Positions 24,901-37,230 of a DNA stretch of 64,000 bases are shown here, in pieces. A program made the translations under genes and the position numbers. The notes under the pieces were generated by a model that saw only the letters and a list, made by a program, of their open reading frames with translations, did not search any database and was not told where the DNA came from. Location: NCBI GenBank assembly GCA_964016885.1, contig OZ024759.1:5952001-6016000 (forward strand), read 5' to 3'. Positions within the stretch are counted from its first letter, which is position 1, and each line of letters begins with the position of its first letter. This DNA is from Eledone cirrhosa (Eukaryota).

Positions 24901-27900
24901 AAGTTCATGGTATTAGCTGTCAGAAGGAACGCCACTGTTGGTGAGAATTCATTTAAGTCATGGTATTAGCTGTCAGAAGTAACTCCATTGTTGGTGAGAA
25001 TTCATTTAAGTCATGGTACTAGCTGTCAGAAGTAACTCCACTGTTGGTGAGAATTCATTTAAGTATTAGCTGTCAGAAGGAACTCCACTGTTGGTGAGAA
25101 TTCATTTAAGTTCATGGTATTAGCTGTCAGAAGTAACTCCACTGTTGGTGAGAATTCATTTAAGTTCATGGTACTAGCTGTCAGAAGTAACTCCACTGTT
25201 GGTGAGAATTCATTTAAGTTCATGGTACTAGCTGTCAGAAGGAACTCCACTGTTGGTGAGAATTCATTTAAGTTCATGGTATTAGCTGTCAGAAGTAACT
25301 CCAATGTTGGTGAGAATTCATTTAAGTCATGGTACTAGCTGTCAGAAGTAACTCCACTGTTGGTGAGAATTCATTTAAGTTCACGGTATTAGCTGTCAGA
25401 AGGAACTCCACTGTTGGTGAGAATTCATTTAAGTTCATGGTATTAGCTGTCAGAAGTAACTCCACTGTTGGTGAGAATTCATTTAAGTTCATGGTACTAG
25501 CTGTCAGAAGTAACTCCAATGTTGGTGAGAATTCATTTAAGCTCATGGTATTAGCTGTCAGAAGTAACTCCACTGTTGGTGAGAATTCATTTAAGTTCAT
25601 GGTACTAGCTGTCAGAAGTAACTCCACTGTTGGTGAGAATTCATTTAAGTTCATGGTACTAGCTGTCAGAAGTAACTCCACTGTTGGTGAGAATTCATTT
25701 AAGTTCATGGTATTAGCTGTCAGAAGTAACTCCACTGTTGGTGAGAATTCATTTAAGTCATGGTATTAGCTGTCAGAAGTAACTCCATTGTTGGTGAGAA
25801 TTCATTTAAGTCATGGTACTAGCTGTCAGAAGTAACTCCACTGTTGGTGAGACTTCATTTAAGTTCATGGTACTAGCTGTCAGAAGTAACTCCACTGTTG
25901 GTGAGAATTCATTTAAGTTCATGGTACTAGCTGTCAGAAGTAACTCCACTGTTGGTGAGAATTCATTTAAGTTCATGGTACTAGCTGTCAGAAGTAACTC
26001 CACTGTTGGTGAGAATTCATTTAAGTTCATGGTACTAGCTGTCAGAAGTAACTCCAATGTTGGTGAGAATTCATTTAAGTTCATGGTATTAGCTGTCAGA
26101 AGTAACTCCACTGTTGGTGAGAATTCATTTAAGTTCATGGTACTAGCTGTCAGAAGTAACTCCACTGTTGGTGAGAATTCATTTAAGTTCATGGTATTAG
26201 CTGTCAGAAGTAACTCCACTGTTGGTGAGAATTCATTTAAGTTCATGGTATTAGCTGTCAGAAGGAACTCCACTGTTGGTGAGAATTCATTTAAGTTCAT
26301 GGTATTAGCTGTCAGAAGTAACTCCACTGTTGGTGAGAATTCATTTAAGTTCATGGTACTAGCTGTCAGAAGTAACTCCACTGTTGGTGAGAATTCATTT
26401 AAGTTCATGGTACTAGCTGTCAGAAGTAACCCCAATGTTGGTGAGAATTCATTTGAGTTCATGGTATTAGCTGTCAGAAGTCACTCCACTGTTGGTGAGA
26501 ATTCATTTAAGTTCATGGTATTAGCTGTCAGAAGTAACTCCACTGTTGGTGAGAATTCATTTAAGTTCATGGTATTAGCTGTCAGAAGTAACTCCACTGT
26601 TGGTGAGAATTCATTTAAGTTCATGGTACTAGCTGTCAGAAGTAACCCCAATGTTGGTGAGAATTCATTTAAGTTCATGGTATTAGCTGTCAGAAGTCAC
26701 TCCAATGTTGGTGAGAATTCATTTAAGTTCATGGTATTAGCTGTCAGAAGTCACTCCACTGTTGGTGAGAATTCATTTAGGTTCATGGTACTAGCTGTCA
26801 GAAGTAACCCCAATGTTGGTGAGAATTCATTTAAGTTCATGGTATTAGCTGTCAGAGGTCACTCCGATGTTGGTGAGAATTCATTTAAGTTCATGGTATT
26901 AGCTGTCAGAAGTAACTCAACTGTTGGTGAGAATTCATTTAAGTTCATGGTATTAGCTGTCAGAAGGAACTCCAATGTTGGTGAGAATTCATTTAAGTCA
27001 TGGTACTAGCTGTCATAAGTAACTCCACTGTTGGTGAGAATTCATTTAAGTTCATGGTATTAGCTGTCAGAAGGAACGCCACTGTTGGTGAGAATTCATT
27101 TAAGTCATGGTATTAGCTGTCAGAAGTAACTCCATTGTTGGTGAGAATTCATTTAAGTCATGGTACTAGCTGTCAGAAGTAACTCCACTGTTGGTGAGAA
27201 TTCATTTAAGTATTAGCTGTCAGAAGGAACTCCACTGTTGGTGAGAATTCATTTAAATCATGGTATTAGTTGTCAGAAGTAACTCCAATGTTGGTGAGAA
27301 TTCATTTAAGTTCATGGTACTAGCTGTCAGAAGTAACTCCACTGTTGGTGAGAATTCATTTCAGTTCATGGTATTAGCTGTCAGAAGTAACTCCACTGTT
27401 GGTGAGAATTCATTTAAGTCATGGTATTAGCTGTGAGAAGTAACTCCAATGTTGGTGAGAATTCATTTAAGTCTTGGTACTAGCTGTCAGAAGTAACTCC
27501 AATGTTGGTGAGAATTCATTTAAGTTCATGGTATTAGCTGTCAGAAGGAACTCCACTGTTGGTGAGAATTCATTTAAGTTCATGGTATTAGCTGTCAGAA
27601 GTAAATCCATTGTTGGTGAGAATTCATTTAAGTTCATGGTACTAGCTGTCAGAAGTAACTCCACTGTTGGTGAGAATTCAGTTAAATTCATGGTACTAGC
27701 TGTCAGAAGTAACTCCACTGTTGGTGAGAATTCAGTTAAGTTCATGGTATTAGCTGTCAGAAGGAACTCCACTGTTGGTGAGAATTCATTTAAGTTCATG
27801 GTACTAGCTGTCAGAAGTAACTCCACTGTTGGTGAGAATTCATTTAAGTTCATGGTACTAGCTGTCAGTAGTAACTCCACTGTTGGTGAGAATTTAGTTA

Positions 27901-29058
27901 AGTTCATGATATTAGTTGTCAGAAGTAACTCCACTGTTGGTGAGAATTCATTTAAATCATGGTATTAGTTGTCAGAAGTAACTCCAATGTTGGTGAGAAT
28001 TCATTTAAGTCATGGTACTAGCTGTCAGAAGTAACTCCATTGTTGGTGAGAATTCATTTAAGTCATGGTACTAGCTGTCAGAAGTAACTCCACTGTTGGT
28101 GAGAATTCATTTAAGTTCATGGTATTAGCTGTCAGAAGGAACTCCACTGTTGGTGAAAATTCATTTAAGTTCATGGTATTAGCTGTCAGAAGTAACTCCA
28201 CTGTTGGTGAGAATTCATTTAAGTTCATGGTACTAGCTGTCAGAAGTAACTCCACTGTTGGTGAGAATTCATTTAAGTTCATGGTACTAGCTGTCAGAAG
28301 GAACTCCACTGTTGGTGAGAATTCATTTAAGTTCATGGTATTAGCTGTCAGAAGTAACTCCAATGTTGGTGAGAATTCATTTAAGTCATGGTACTAGCTG
28401 TCAGAAGTAACTCCACTGTTGGTGAGAATTCATTTAAGTTCATGGTATTAGCTGTCAGAAGGAACTCCACTGTTGGTGAGAATTCATTTAAGTTCATGGT
28501 ATTAGCTGTCAGAAGTAACTCCACTGTCGGTGAGAATTCATTTAAGTTCATGGTACTAGCTGTCAGAAGTAACTCCAATGTTGGTGAGAATTCATTTAAG
28601 TTCATGGTATTAGCTGTCAGAAGTAACTCCACTGTTGGTGAGAATTCATTTAAGTTCATGGTATTAGCTGTCAGAAGTAACTCCACTGTTGGTGAGAATT
28701 CATTTAAGTTCATGGTACTAGCTGTCAGAAGTAACTCCACTGTTGGTGAGAATTCATTTAAGTTCATGGTATTAGCTGTCAGAAGTAACTCCACTGTTGG
28801 TGAGAATTCATTTAAGTCATGGTATTAGCTATCAGAAGTAACTCCATTGTTGGTGAGAATTCATTTAAGTCATGGTACTAGCTGTCAGAAGTAACCCCAC
28901 TGTTGGTGAGAATTCATTTAAGTTCATGGTACTAGCTGTCAGAAGTAACTCCACTGTTGGTGAGAATTCATTTGAGTTCATGGTACTAGCTGTCAGAAGT
29001 AACTCCACTGTTGGTGAGAATTCATTTAAGTTCATGGTACTAGCTGTTAGAAGTAACT

Positions 29059-32000
29059 CCACTGTTGGTGAGAATTCATTTAAGTTCATGGTACTAGCTG
29101 TCAGAAGTAACTCCAATGTTGGTGAGAATTCATTTAAGTTCATGGTGTTAGCTGTCAGAAGTAACTCCACTGTTGGTGAGAATTCATTTAAGTTCATGGT
29201 ACTAGCTGTCAGAAGTAACTCCACTGTTGGTGAGAATTCATTTAAGTTCATGGTATTAGCTGTCAGAAGTAACTCCACTGTTGGTGAGAATTCATTTAAG
29301 TTCATGGTACTAGCTGTCAGAAGTAACCCCAATGTTGGTGAGAATTCATTTAAGTTCATGGTATTAGCTGTCAGAAGTCACTCCAATGTTGGTGAGAATT
29401 CATTTAAGTTCATGGTATTAGCTGTCACAAGTCACTCCACTGTTGGTGAGAATTCATTTAAGTTCATGGTACTAGCTGTCAGAAGTAACCCCAATGTTGG
29501 TGAGAATTCATTTAAGTTCATGGTATTAGCTGTCAGAAGGAACGCCACTGTTGGTGAGAATTCATTTAAGTCATGGTATTAGCTATCAGAAGTAACTCCA
29601 CTGTTGGTGAGAATTCATTTAAGTTCATGGTATTAGCTGTCAGAAGGAACTCCACTGTTGGTGAGAATTCATTTAAGTTCATGGTATTAGCTGTCAGAAG
29701 TAACTCCACTGTTGGTGAGAATTCATTTAAGTTCATGGTACTAGCTGTCAGAAGGAACTCCACTGTTGGTGAGAATTCATTTAAGTTCATGGTATTAGCT
29801 GTCAGAAGTAACTCCAATGTTGGTGAGAATTCATTTAAGTCATGGTACTAGCTGTCAGAAGTAACTCCACTGTTGGTGAGAATTCATTTAAGTTCATGGT
29901 ATTAGCTGTCAGAAGGAACTCCACTGTTGGTGAGAATTCATTTAAGTTCATGGTATTAGCTGTCAGAAGTAACTCCAATGTTGGTGAGAATTCATTTAAG
30001 TCATGGTACTAGCTGTCAGAAGTAACTCCACTGTTGGTGAGAATTCATTTAAGTTCATGGTATTAGCTGTCAGAAGGAACGCCACTGTTGGTGAGAATTC
30101 ATTTAAGCCATGGTATTAGCTGTCAGAAGTAACTCCATTGTTGGTGAGAATTCATTTAGTCATGGTACTAGCTGTCAGAAGTAACTCCACTGTTGGTGAG
30201 AATTCATTTAAGTTCATGGTATTAGCTGTCAGAAGGAACTCCACTGTTGGTGAGAATTCATTTAAGTTCATGGTATTAGCTGTCAGAAGTAACTCCACTG
30301 TTGGTGAGAATTCATTTAAGTTCATGGTACTAGCTGTCAGAAGGAACTCCACTGTTGGTGAGAATTCATTTAGGTTCATGGTATTAGCTGTCAGAAGTAA
30401 CTCCAATGTTGGTGAGAATTCATTTAAGTCATGGTACTAGCTGTCAGAAGTAACTCCACTGTTGGTGAGAATTCATTTAAGTTCATGGTATTAGCTGTCA
30501 GAAGGAACTCCACTGTTGGTGAGAATTCATTTAAGTTCATGGTATTAGCTGTCAGAAGTAACTCCACTGTTGGTGAGAATTCATTTAAGTTCATGGTACT
30601 AGCTGTCAGAAGTAACTCCACTGTTGGTGAGAATTCATTTAAGTTCATGGTACTAGCTGTCAGAAGTAACCCCAATGTTGGTGAGAATTCATTTAAGTTC
30701 ATGGTATTAGCTGTCAGAAGTCACTCCACTGTTGGTGAGAATTCATTTAAGTTCATGGTATTAGCTGTCAGAAGTAACTCCACTGTTGGTGAGAATTCAT
30801 TTAAGTTCATGGTATTAGCTGTCAGAAGTAACTCCACTGTTGGTGAGAATTCATTTAAGTTCATGGTACTAGCTGTCAGAAGTAACCCCAATGTTGGTGA
30901 GAATTCATTTAAGTTCATGGTATTAGCTGTCAGAAGTCACTCCAATGTTGGTGAGAATTCATTTAAGTTCATGGTATTAGCTGTCAAAAGTCACTCCACT
31001 GTTGGTGAGAATTCATTTAAGTTCATGGTACTAGCTGTCAGAAGTAACCCCAATGTTGGTGAGAATTCATTTAAGTTCATGGTATTAGCTGTCAGAGGTC
31101 ACTCCAATGTTGGTGAGAATTCATTTAAGTTCATGGTATTAGCTGTCAGAAGTAACTCCACTGTTGGTGAGAATTCATTTAAGTTCATGGTATTAGCTGT
31201 CAGAAGGAACTCCAATGTTGGTGAGAATTCATTTAAGTCATGGTACTAGCTGTCATAAGTAACTCCACTGTTGGTGAGAATTCATTTAAGTTCATGGTAT
31301 TAGCTGTCAGAAGGAACGCCACTGTTGGTGAGAATTCATTTAAGTTCATGGTACTAGCTGTCAGAAGTAACTCCAATGTTGGTGAGAATTCATTTAAGTT
31401 CATGGTGTTAGCTGTCAGAAGTAACTCCACTGTTGGTGAGAATTCATTTAAGTTCATGGTACTAGCTGTCAGAAGTAACTCCACTGTTGGTGAGAATTCA
31501 TTTAAGTTCATGGTATTAGCTGTCAGAAGTAACTCCACTGTTGGTGAGAATTCATTTAAGTTCATGGTACTAGCTGTCAGAAGTAACCCCAATGTTGGTG
31601 AGAATTCATTTAAGTTCATGGTATTAGCTGTCAGAAGTCACTCCAATGTTGGTGAGAATTCATTTAAGTTCATGGTATTAGCTGTCACAAGTCACTCCAC
31701 TGTTGGTGAGAATTCATTTAAGTTCATGGTACTAGCTGTCAGAAGTAACCCCAATGTTGGTGAGAATTCATTTAAGTTCATGGTATTAGCTGTCAGAAGG
31801 AACGCCACTGTTGGTGAGAATTCATTTAAGTCATGGTATTAGCTATCAGAAGTAACTCCACTGTTGGTGAGAATTCATTTAAGTTCATGGTATTAGCTGT
31901 CAGAAGGAACTCCACTGTTGGTGAGAATTCATTTAAGTTCATGGTATTAGCTGTCAGAAGTAACTCCACTGTTGGTGAGAATTCATTTAAGTTCATGGTA

Positions 32001-33604
32001 CTAGCTGTCAGAAGGAACTCCACTGTTGGTGAGAATTCATTTAAGTTCATGGTATTAGCTGTCAGAAGTAACTCCAATGTTGGTGAGAATTCATTTAAGT
32101 CATGGTACTAGCTGTCAGAAGTAACTCCACTGTTGGTGAGAATTCATTTAAGTTCATGGTATTAGCTGTCAGAAGGAACTCCACTGTTGGTGAGAATTCA
32201 TTTAAGTTCATGGTATTAGCTGTCAGAAGTAACTCCAATGTTGGTGAGAATTCATTTAAGTCATGGTACTAGCTGTCAGAAGTAACTCCACTGTTGGTGA
32301 GAATTCATTTAAGTTCATGGTATTAGCTGTCAGAAGGAACGCCACTGTTGGTGAGAATTCATTTAAGCCATGGTATTAGCTGTCAGAAGTAACTCCATTG
32401 TTGGTGAGAATTCATTTAGTCATGGTACTAGCTGTCAGAAGTAACTCCACTGTTGGTGAGAATTCATTTAAGTTCATGGTATTAGCTGTCAGAAGGAACT
32501 CCACTGTTGGTGAGAATTCATTTAAGTTCATGGTATTAGCTGTCAGAAGTAACTCCACTGTTGGTGAGAATTCATTTAAGTTCATGGTACTAGCTGTCAG
32601 AAGGAACTCCACTGTTGGTGAGAATTCATTTAGGTTCATGGTATTAGCTGTCAGAAGTAACTCCAATGTTGGTGAGAATTCATTTAAGTCATGGTACTAG
32701 CTGTCAGAAGTAACTCCACTGTTGGTGAGAATTCATTTAAGTTCATGGTATTAGCTGTCAGAAGGAACTCCACTGTTGGTGAGAATTCATTTAAGTTCAT
32801 GGTATTAGCTGTCAGAAGTAACTCCACTGTTGGTGAGAATTCATTTAAGTTCATGGTACTAGCTGTCAGAAGTAACTCCACTGTTGGTGAGAATTCATTT
32901 AAGTTCATGGTACTAGCTGTCAGAAGTAACCCCAATGTTGGTGAGAATTCATTTAAGTTCATGGTATTAGCTGTCAGAAGTCACTCCACTGTTGGTGAGA
33001 ATTCATTTAAGTTCATGGTATTAGCTGTCAGAAGTAACTCCACTGTTGGTGAGAATTCATTTAAGTTCATGGTATTAGCTGTCAGAAGTAACTCCACTGT
33101 TGGTGAGAATTCATTTAAGTTCATGGTACTAGCTGTCAGAAGTAACCCCAATGTTGGTGAGAATTCATTTAAGTTCATGGTATTAGCTGTCAGAAGTCAC
33201 TCCAATGTTGGTGAGAATTCATTTAAGTTCATGGTATTAGCTGTCAAAAGTCACTCCACTGTTGGTGAGAATTCATTTAAGTTCATGGTACTAGCTGTCA
33301 GAAGTAACCCCAATGTTGGTGAGAATTCATTTAAGTTCATGGTATTAGCTGTCAGAGGTCACTCCAATGTTGGTGAGAATTCATTTAAGTTCATGGTATT
33401 AGCTGTCAGAAGTAACTCCACTGTTGGTGAGAATTCATTTAAGTTCATGGTATTAGCTGTCAGAAGGAACTCCAATGTTGGTGAGAATTCATTTAAGTCA
33501 TGGTACTAGCTGTCATAAGTAACTCCACTGTTGGTGAGAATTCATTTAAGTTCATGGTATTAGCTGTCAGAAGGAACGCCACTGTTGGTGAGAATTCATT
33601 TAAG
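29059..33604 (+). repeat. Near-perfect 2260-bp (42-monomer) tandem duplication
   Basis: GGTGTTAG (29144/31404), GTCACAAGT, GCTATCAG (29582/31842), TAAGCCATGG (30104/32364), ATTTAGTCATGG (30154/32414), TAGGTTC (30371/32631) and GTCAAAAG (30983/33243) are all offset by 2260. The ORF pairs are identical. Confidence 0.93.
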
Positions 33605-36600
33605 TCATGGTATTAGCTGTCAGAAGTAACTCCATTGTTGGTGAGAATTCATTTAAGTCATGGTACTAGCTGTCAGAAGTAACTCCACTGTTGGTGAGAA
33701 TTCATTTAAGTATTAGCTGTCAGAAGGAACTCCACTGTTGGTGAGAATTCATTTAAGTTCATGGTATTAGCTGTCAGAAGTAACTCCACTGTTGGTGAGA
33801 ATTCATTTAAGTTCATGGTACTAGCTGTCAGAAGTAACTCCACTGTTGGTGAGAATTCATTTAAGTTCATGGTACTAGCTGTCAGAAGGAACTCCACTGT
33901 TGGTGATAATTCATTTAAGTTCATGGTATTAGCTGTCAGAAGTAACTCCAATGTTGGTGAGAATTCATTTAAGTCATGGTACTAGCTGTCAGAAGTAACT
34001 CCACTGTTGGTGAGAATTCATTTAAGTCATGGTATTAGATGTCAGAAGTAACTCCAATGTTGCTGAGAATTCATTTAAGTTCATGGTATTAGCTGTCAGA
34101 AGTAACTCCACTGTTGGTGAGAATTCATTTAAGTTCATGGTACTAGCTGTCAGAAGTAACTACACTGTTGGTGAGAATTCATTTAAGTTCATAGTATTAG
34201 CTGTCAGAAGTAACTCCAATGTTGGTGAGAATTCATTTAAGTTCATGGTATTAGCTGTCAGAAGTAACTCCACTGTTGGTGAGAATTCATTTAAGTTCAT
34301 GGTATTAGCTGTCAGAAGTAACTCCACTGTTGGTGAGAATTCATTTAAGTTCATGGTACTAGCTGTCAGAAGTAACTCCAATGTTGGTGAGAATTCATTT
34401 AAGTTCATGGTATTAGCTGTCAGAAGTAACTCCACTGTTGGTGAGAATTCATTTAAGTTCATGGTATTAGCTGTCAGAAGTAACTCCACTGTTGGTGAGA
34501 ATTCATTTAAATTCATGGTACTAGCTGTCAGAAGTAACTCCACTGTTGGTGAGAATTCATTTAAGTTCATGGTATTAGCTGTCAGAAGTAACTCCACTGT
34601 TGGTGAGAATTCATTTAAGTCATGGTATTAGCTGTCAGAAGTAACTCCATTGTTGGTGAGAATTCATTTAAGTCATGGTACTAGCTGTCAGAAGTAACTC
34701 CACTGTTGGTGAGAATTCATTTAAGTTCATGGTACTAGCTGTCAGTAGTAACTCCACTGTTGGTGAGAATTCATTTAAGTTCATGGTACTAGCTGTCAGA
34801 AGTAACTCCACTGTTGGTGAGAATTCATTTAAGTTCATGGTACTAGCTGTCAGAAGTAACTCCACTGTTGGTGAGAATTCATTTAAGTTCATGGTACTAG
34901 CTGTCAGAAGTAACTCCAATGTTGGTGAGAATTCATTTAAGTTCATGGTATTAGCTGTCAGAAGTAACTCCACTGTTGGTGAGAATTCATTTAAGTTCAT
35001 GGTACTAGCTGTCAGAAGTAACTCCACTGTTGGTGAGAATTCATTTAAGTTCATGGTACTAGCTGTCAGAAGTAACCCCAATGTTGGTGAGAATTCATTT
35101 AAGTTCATGGTATTAGCTGTCAGAAGTCACTCCACTGTTGGTGAGAATTCATTTAAGTTCATGGTATTAGCTGTCAGAAGTAACTCCACTGTTGGTGAGA
35201 ATTCATTTAAGTTCATGGTATTAGCTGTCAGAAGTAACTCCACTGTTGGTGAGAATTCATTTAAGTTCATGGTACTAGCTGTCAGAAGTAACCCCAATGT
35301 TGGTGAGAATTCATTTAAGTTCATGGTATTAGCTGTCAGAAGTCACTCCAATGTTGGTGAGAATTCATTTAAGTTCATGGTATTAGCTGTCAAAAGTCAC
35401 TCCACTGTTGGTGAGAATTCATTTAAGTTCATGGTACTAGCTGTCAGAAGTAACCCCAATGTTGGTGAGAATTCATTTAAGTTCATGGTATTAGCTGTCA
35501 GAGGTCACTCCAATGTTGGTGAGAATTCATTTAAGTTCATGGTATTAGCTGTCAGAAGTAACTCCACTGTTGGTGAGAATTCATTTAAGTTCATGGTATT
35601 AGCTGTCAGAAGGAACTCCAATGTTGGTGAGAATTCATTTAAGTCATGGTACTAGCTGTCATAAGTAACTCCACTGTTGGTGAGAATTCATTTAAGTTCA
35701 TGGTATTAGCTGTCAGAAGGAACGCCACTGTTGGTGAGAATTCATTTAAGTCATGGTATTAGCTGTCAGAAGTAACTCCATTGTTGGTGAGAATTCATTT
35801 AAGTCATGGTACTAGCTGTCAGAAGTAACTCCACTGTTGGTGAGAATTCATTTAAGTATTAGCTGTCAGAAGGAACTCCACTGTTGGTGAGAATTCATTT
35901 AAGTTCATGGTATTAGCTGTCAGAAGTAACTCCACTGTTGGTGAGAATTCATTTAAGTTCATGGTACTAGCTGTCAGAAGTAACTCCACTGTTGGTGAGA
36001 ATTCATTTAAGTTCATGGTACTAGCTGTCAGAAGGAACTCCACTGTTGGTGATAATTCATTTAAGTTCATGGTATTAGCTGTCAGAAGTAACTCCAATGT
36101 TGGTGAGAATTCATTTAAGTCATGGTACTAGCTGTCAGAAGTAACTCCACTGTTGGTGAGAATTCATTTAAGTCATGGTATTAGATGTCAGAAGTAACTC
36201 CAATGTTGCTGAGAATTCATTTAAGTTCATGGTATTAGCTGTCAGAAGTAACTCCACTGTTGGTGAGAATTCATTTAAGTTCATGGTACTAGCTGTCAGA
36301 AGTAACTACACTGTTGGTGAGAATTCATTTAAGTTCATAGTATTAGCTGTCAGAAGTAACTCCAATGTTGGTGAGAATTCATTTAAGTTCATGGTATTAG
36401 CTGTCAGAAGTAACTCAACTGTTGGTGAGAATTCATTTAAGTTCATGGTATTAGCTGTCAGAAGTAACTCCACTGTTGGTGAGAATTCATTTAAGTTCAT
36501 GGTATTAGCTGTCAGAAGTAACTCCACTGTTGGTGAGAATTCATTTAAGTTCATGGTACTAGCTGTCAGAAGTAACTCCAATGTTGGTGAGAATTCATTT

Positions 36601-37230
36601 AAGTTCATGGTATTAGCTGTCAGAAGTAACTCCACTGTTGGTGAGAATTCATTTAAGTTCATGGTATTAGCTGTCAGAAGTAACTCCACTGTTGGTGAGA
36701 ATTCATTTAAATTCATGGTACTAGCTGTCAGAAGTAACTCCACTGTTGGTGAGAATTCATTTAAGTTCATGGTATTAGCTGTCAGAAGTAACTCCACTGT
36801 TGGTGAGAATTCATTTAAGTCATGGTATTAGCTGTCAGAAGTAACTCCATTGTTGGTGAGAATTCATTTAAGTCATGGTACTAGCTGTCAGAAGTAACTC
36901 CACTGTTGGTGAGAATTCATTTAAGTTCATGGTACTAGCTGTCAGTAGTAATTCCACTGTTGGTGAGAATTCATTTAAGTTCATGGTACTAGCTGTCAGA
37001 AGTAACTCCACTGTTGTTGAGAATTAATTTAAGTTCATGGTACTAGCTGTCAGAAGTAACTCCACTGTTGGTGAGAATTCATTTAAGTTCATGGTACTAG
37101 CTGTCAGAAGTAACTCCAATGTTGGTGAGAATTCATTTAAGTTCATGGTATTAGCTGTCAGAAGTAACTCCACTGTTGGTGAGAATTCATTTAAGTTCAT
37201 GGTACTAGCTGTCAGAAGTAACTCCACTGT
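32860..37230 (+). repeat. ~2146-bp (40-monomer) tandem duplication; second copy has one extra monomer (offset becomes 2200)
   Basis: The 47-bp monomer (33708/35854), GGTGATAATT, TTAGATG...TTGCTGAG (~34035/36181), AACTACACT (34158/36304) and TAAATTCATGG (34508/36708) recur in order. Confidence 0.9.
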
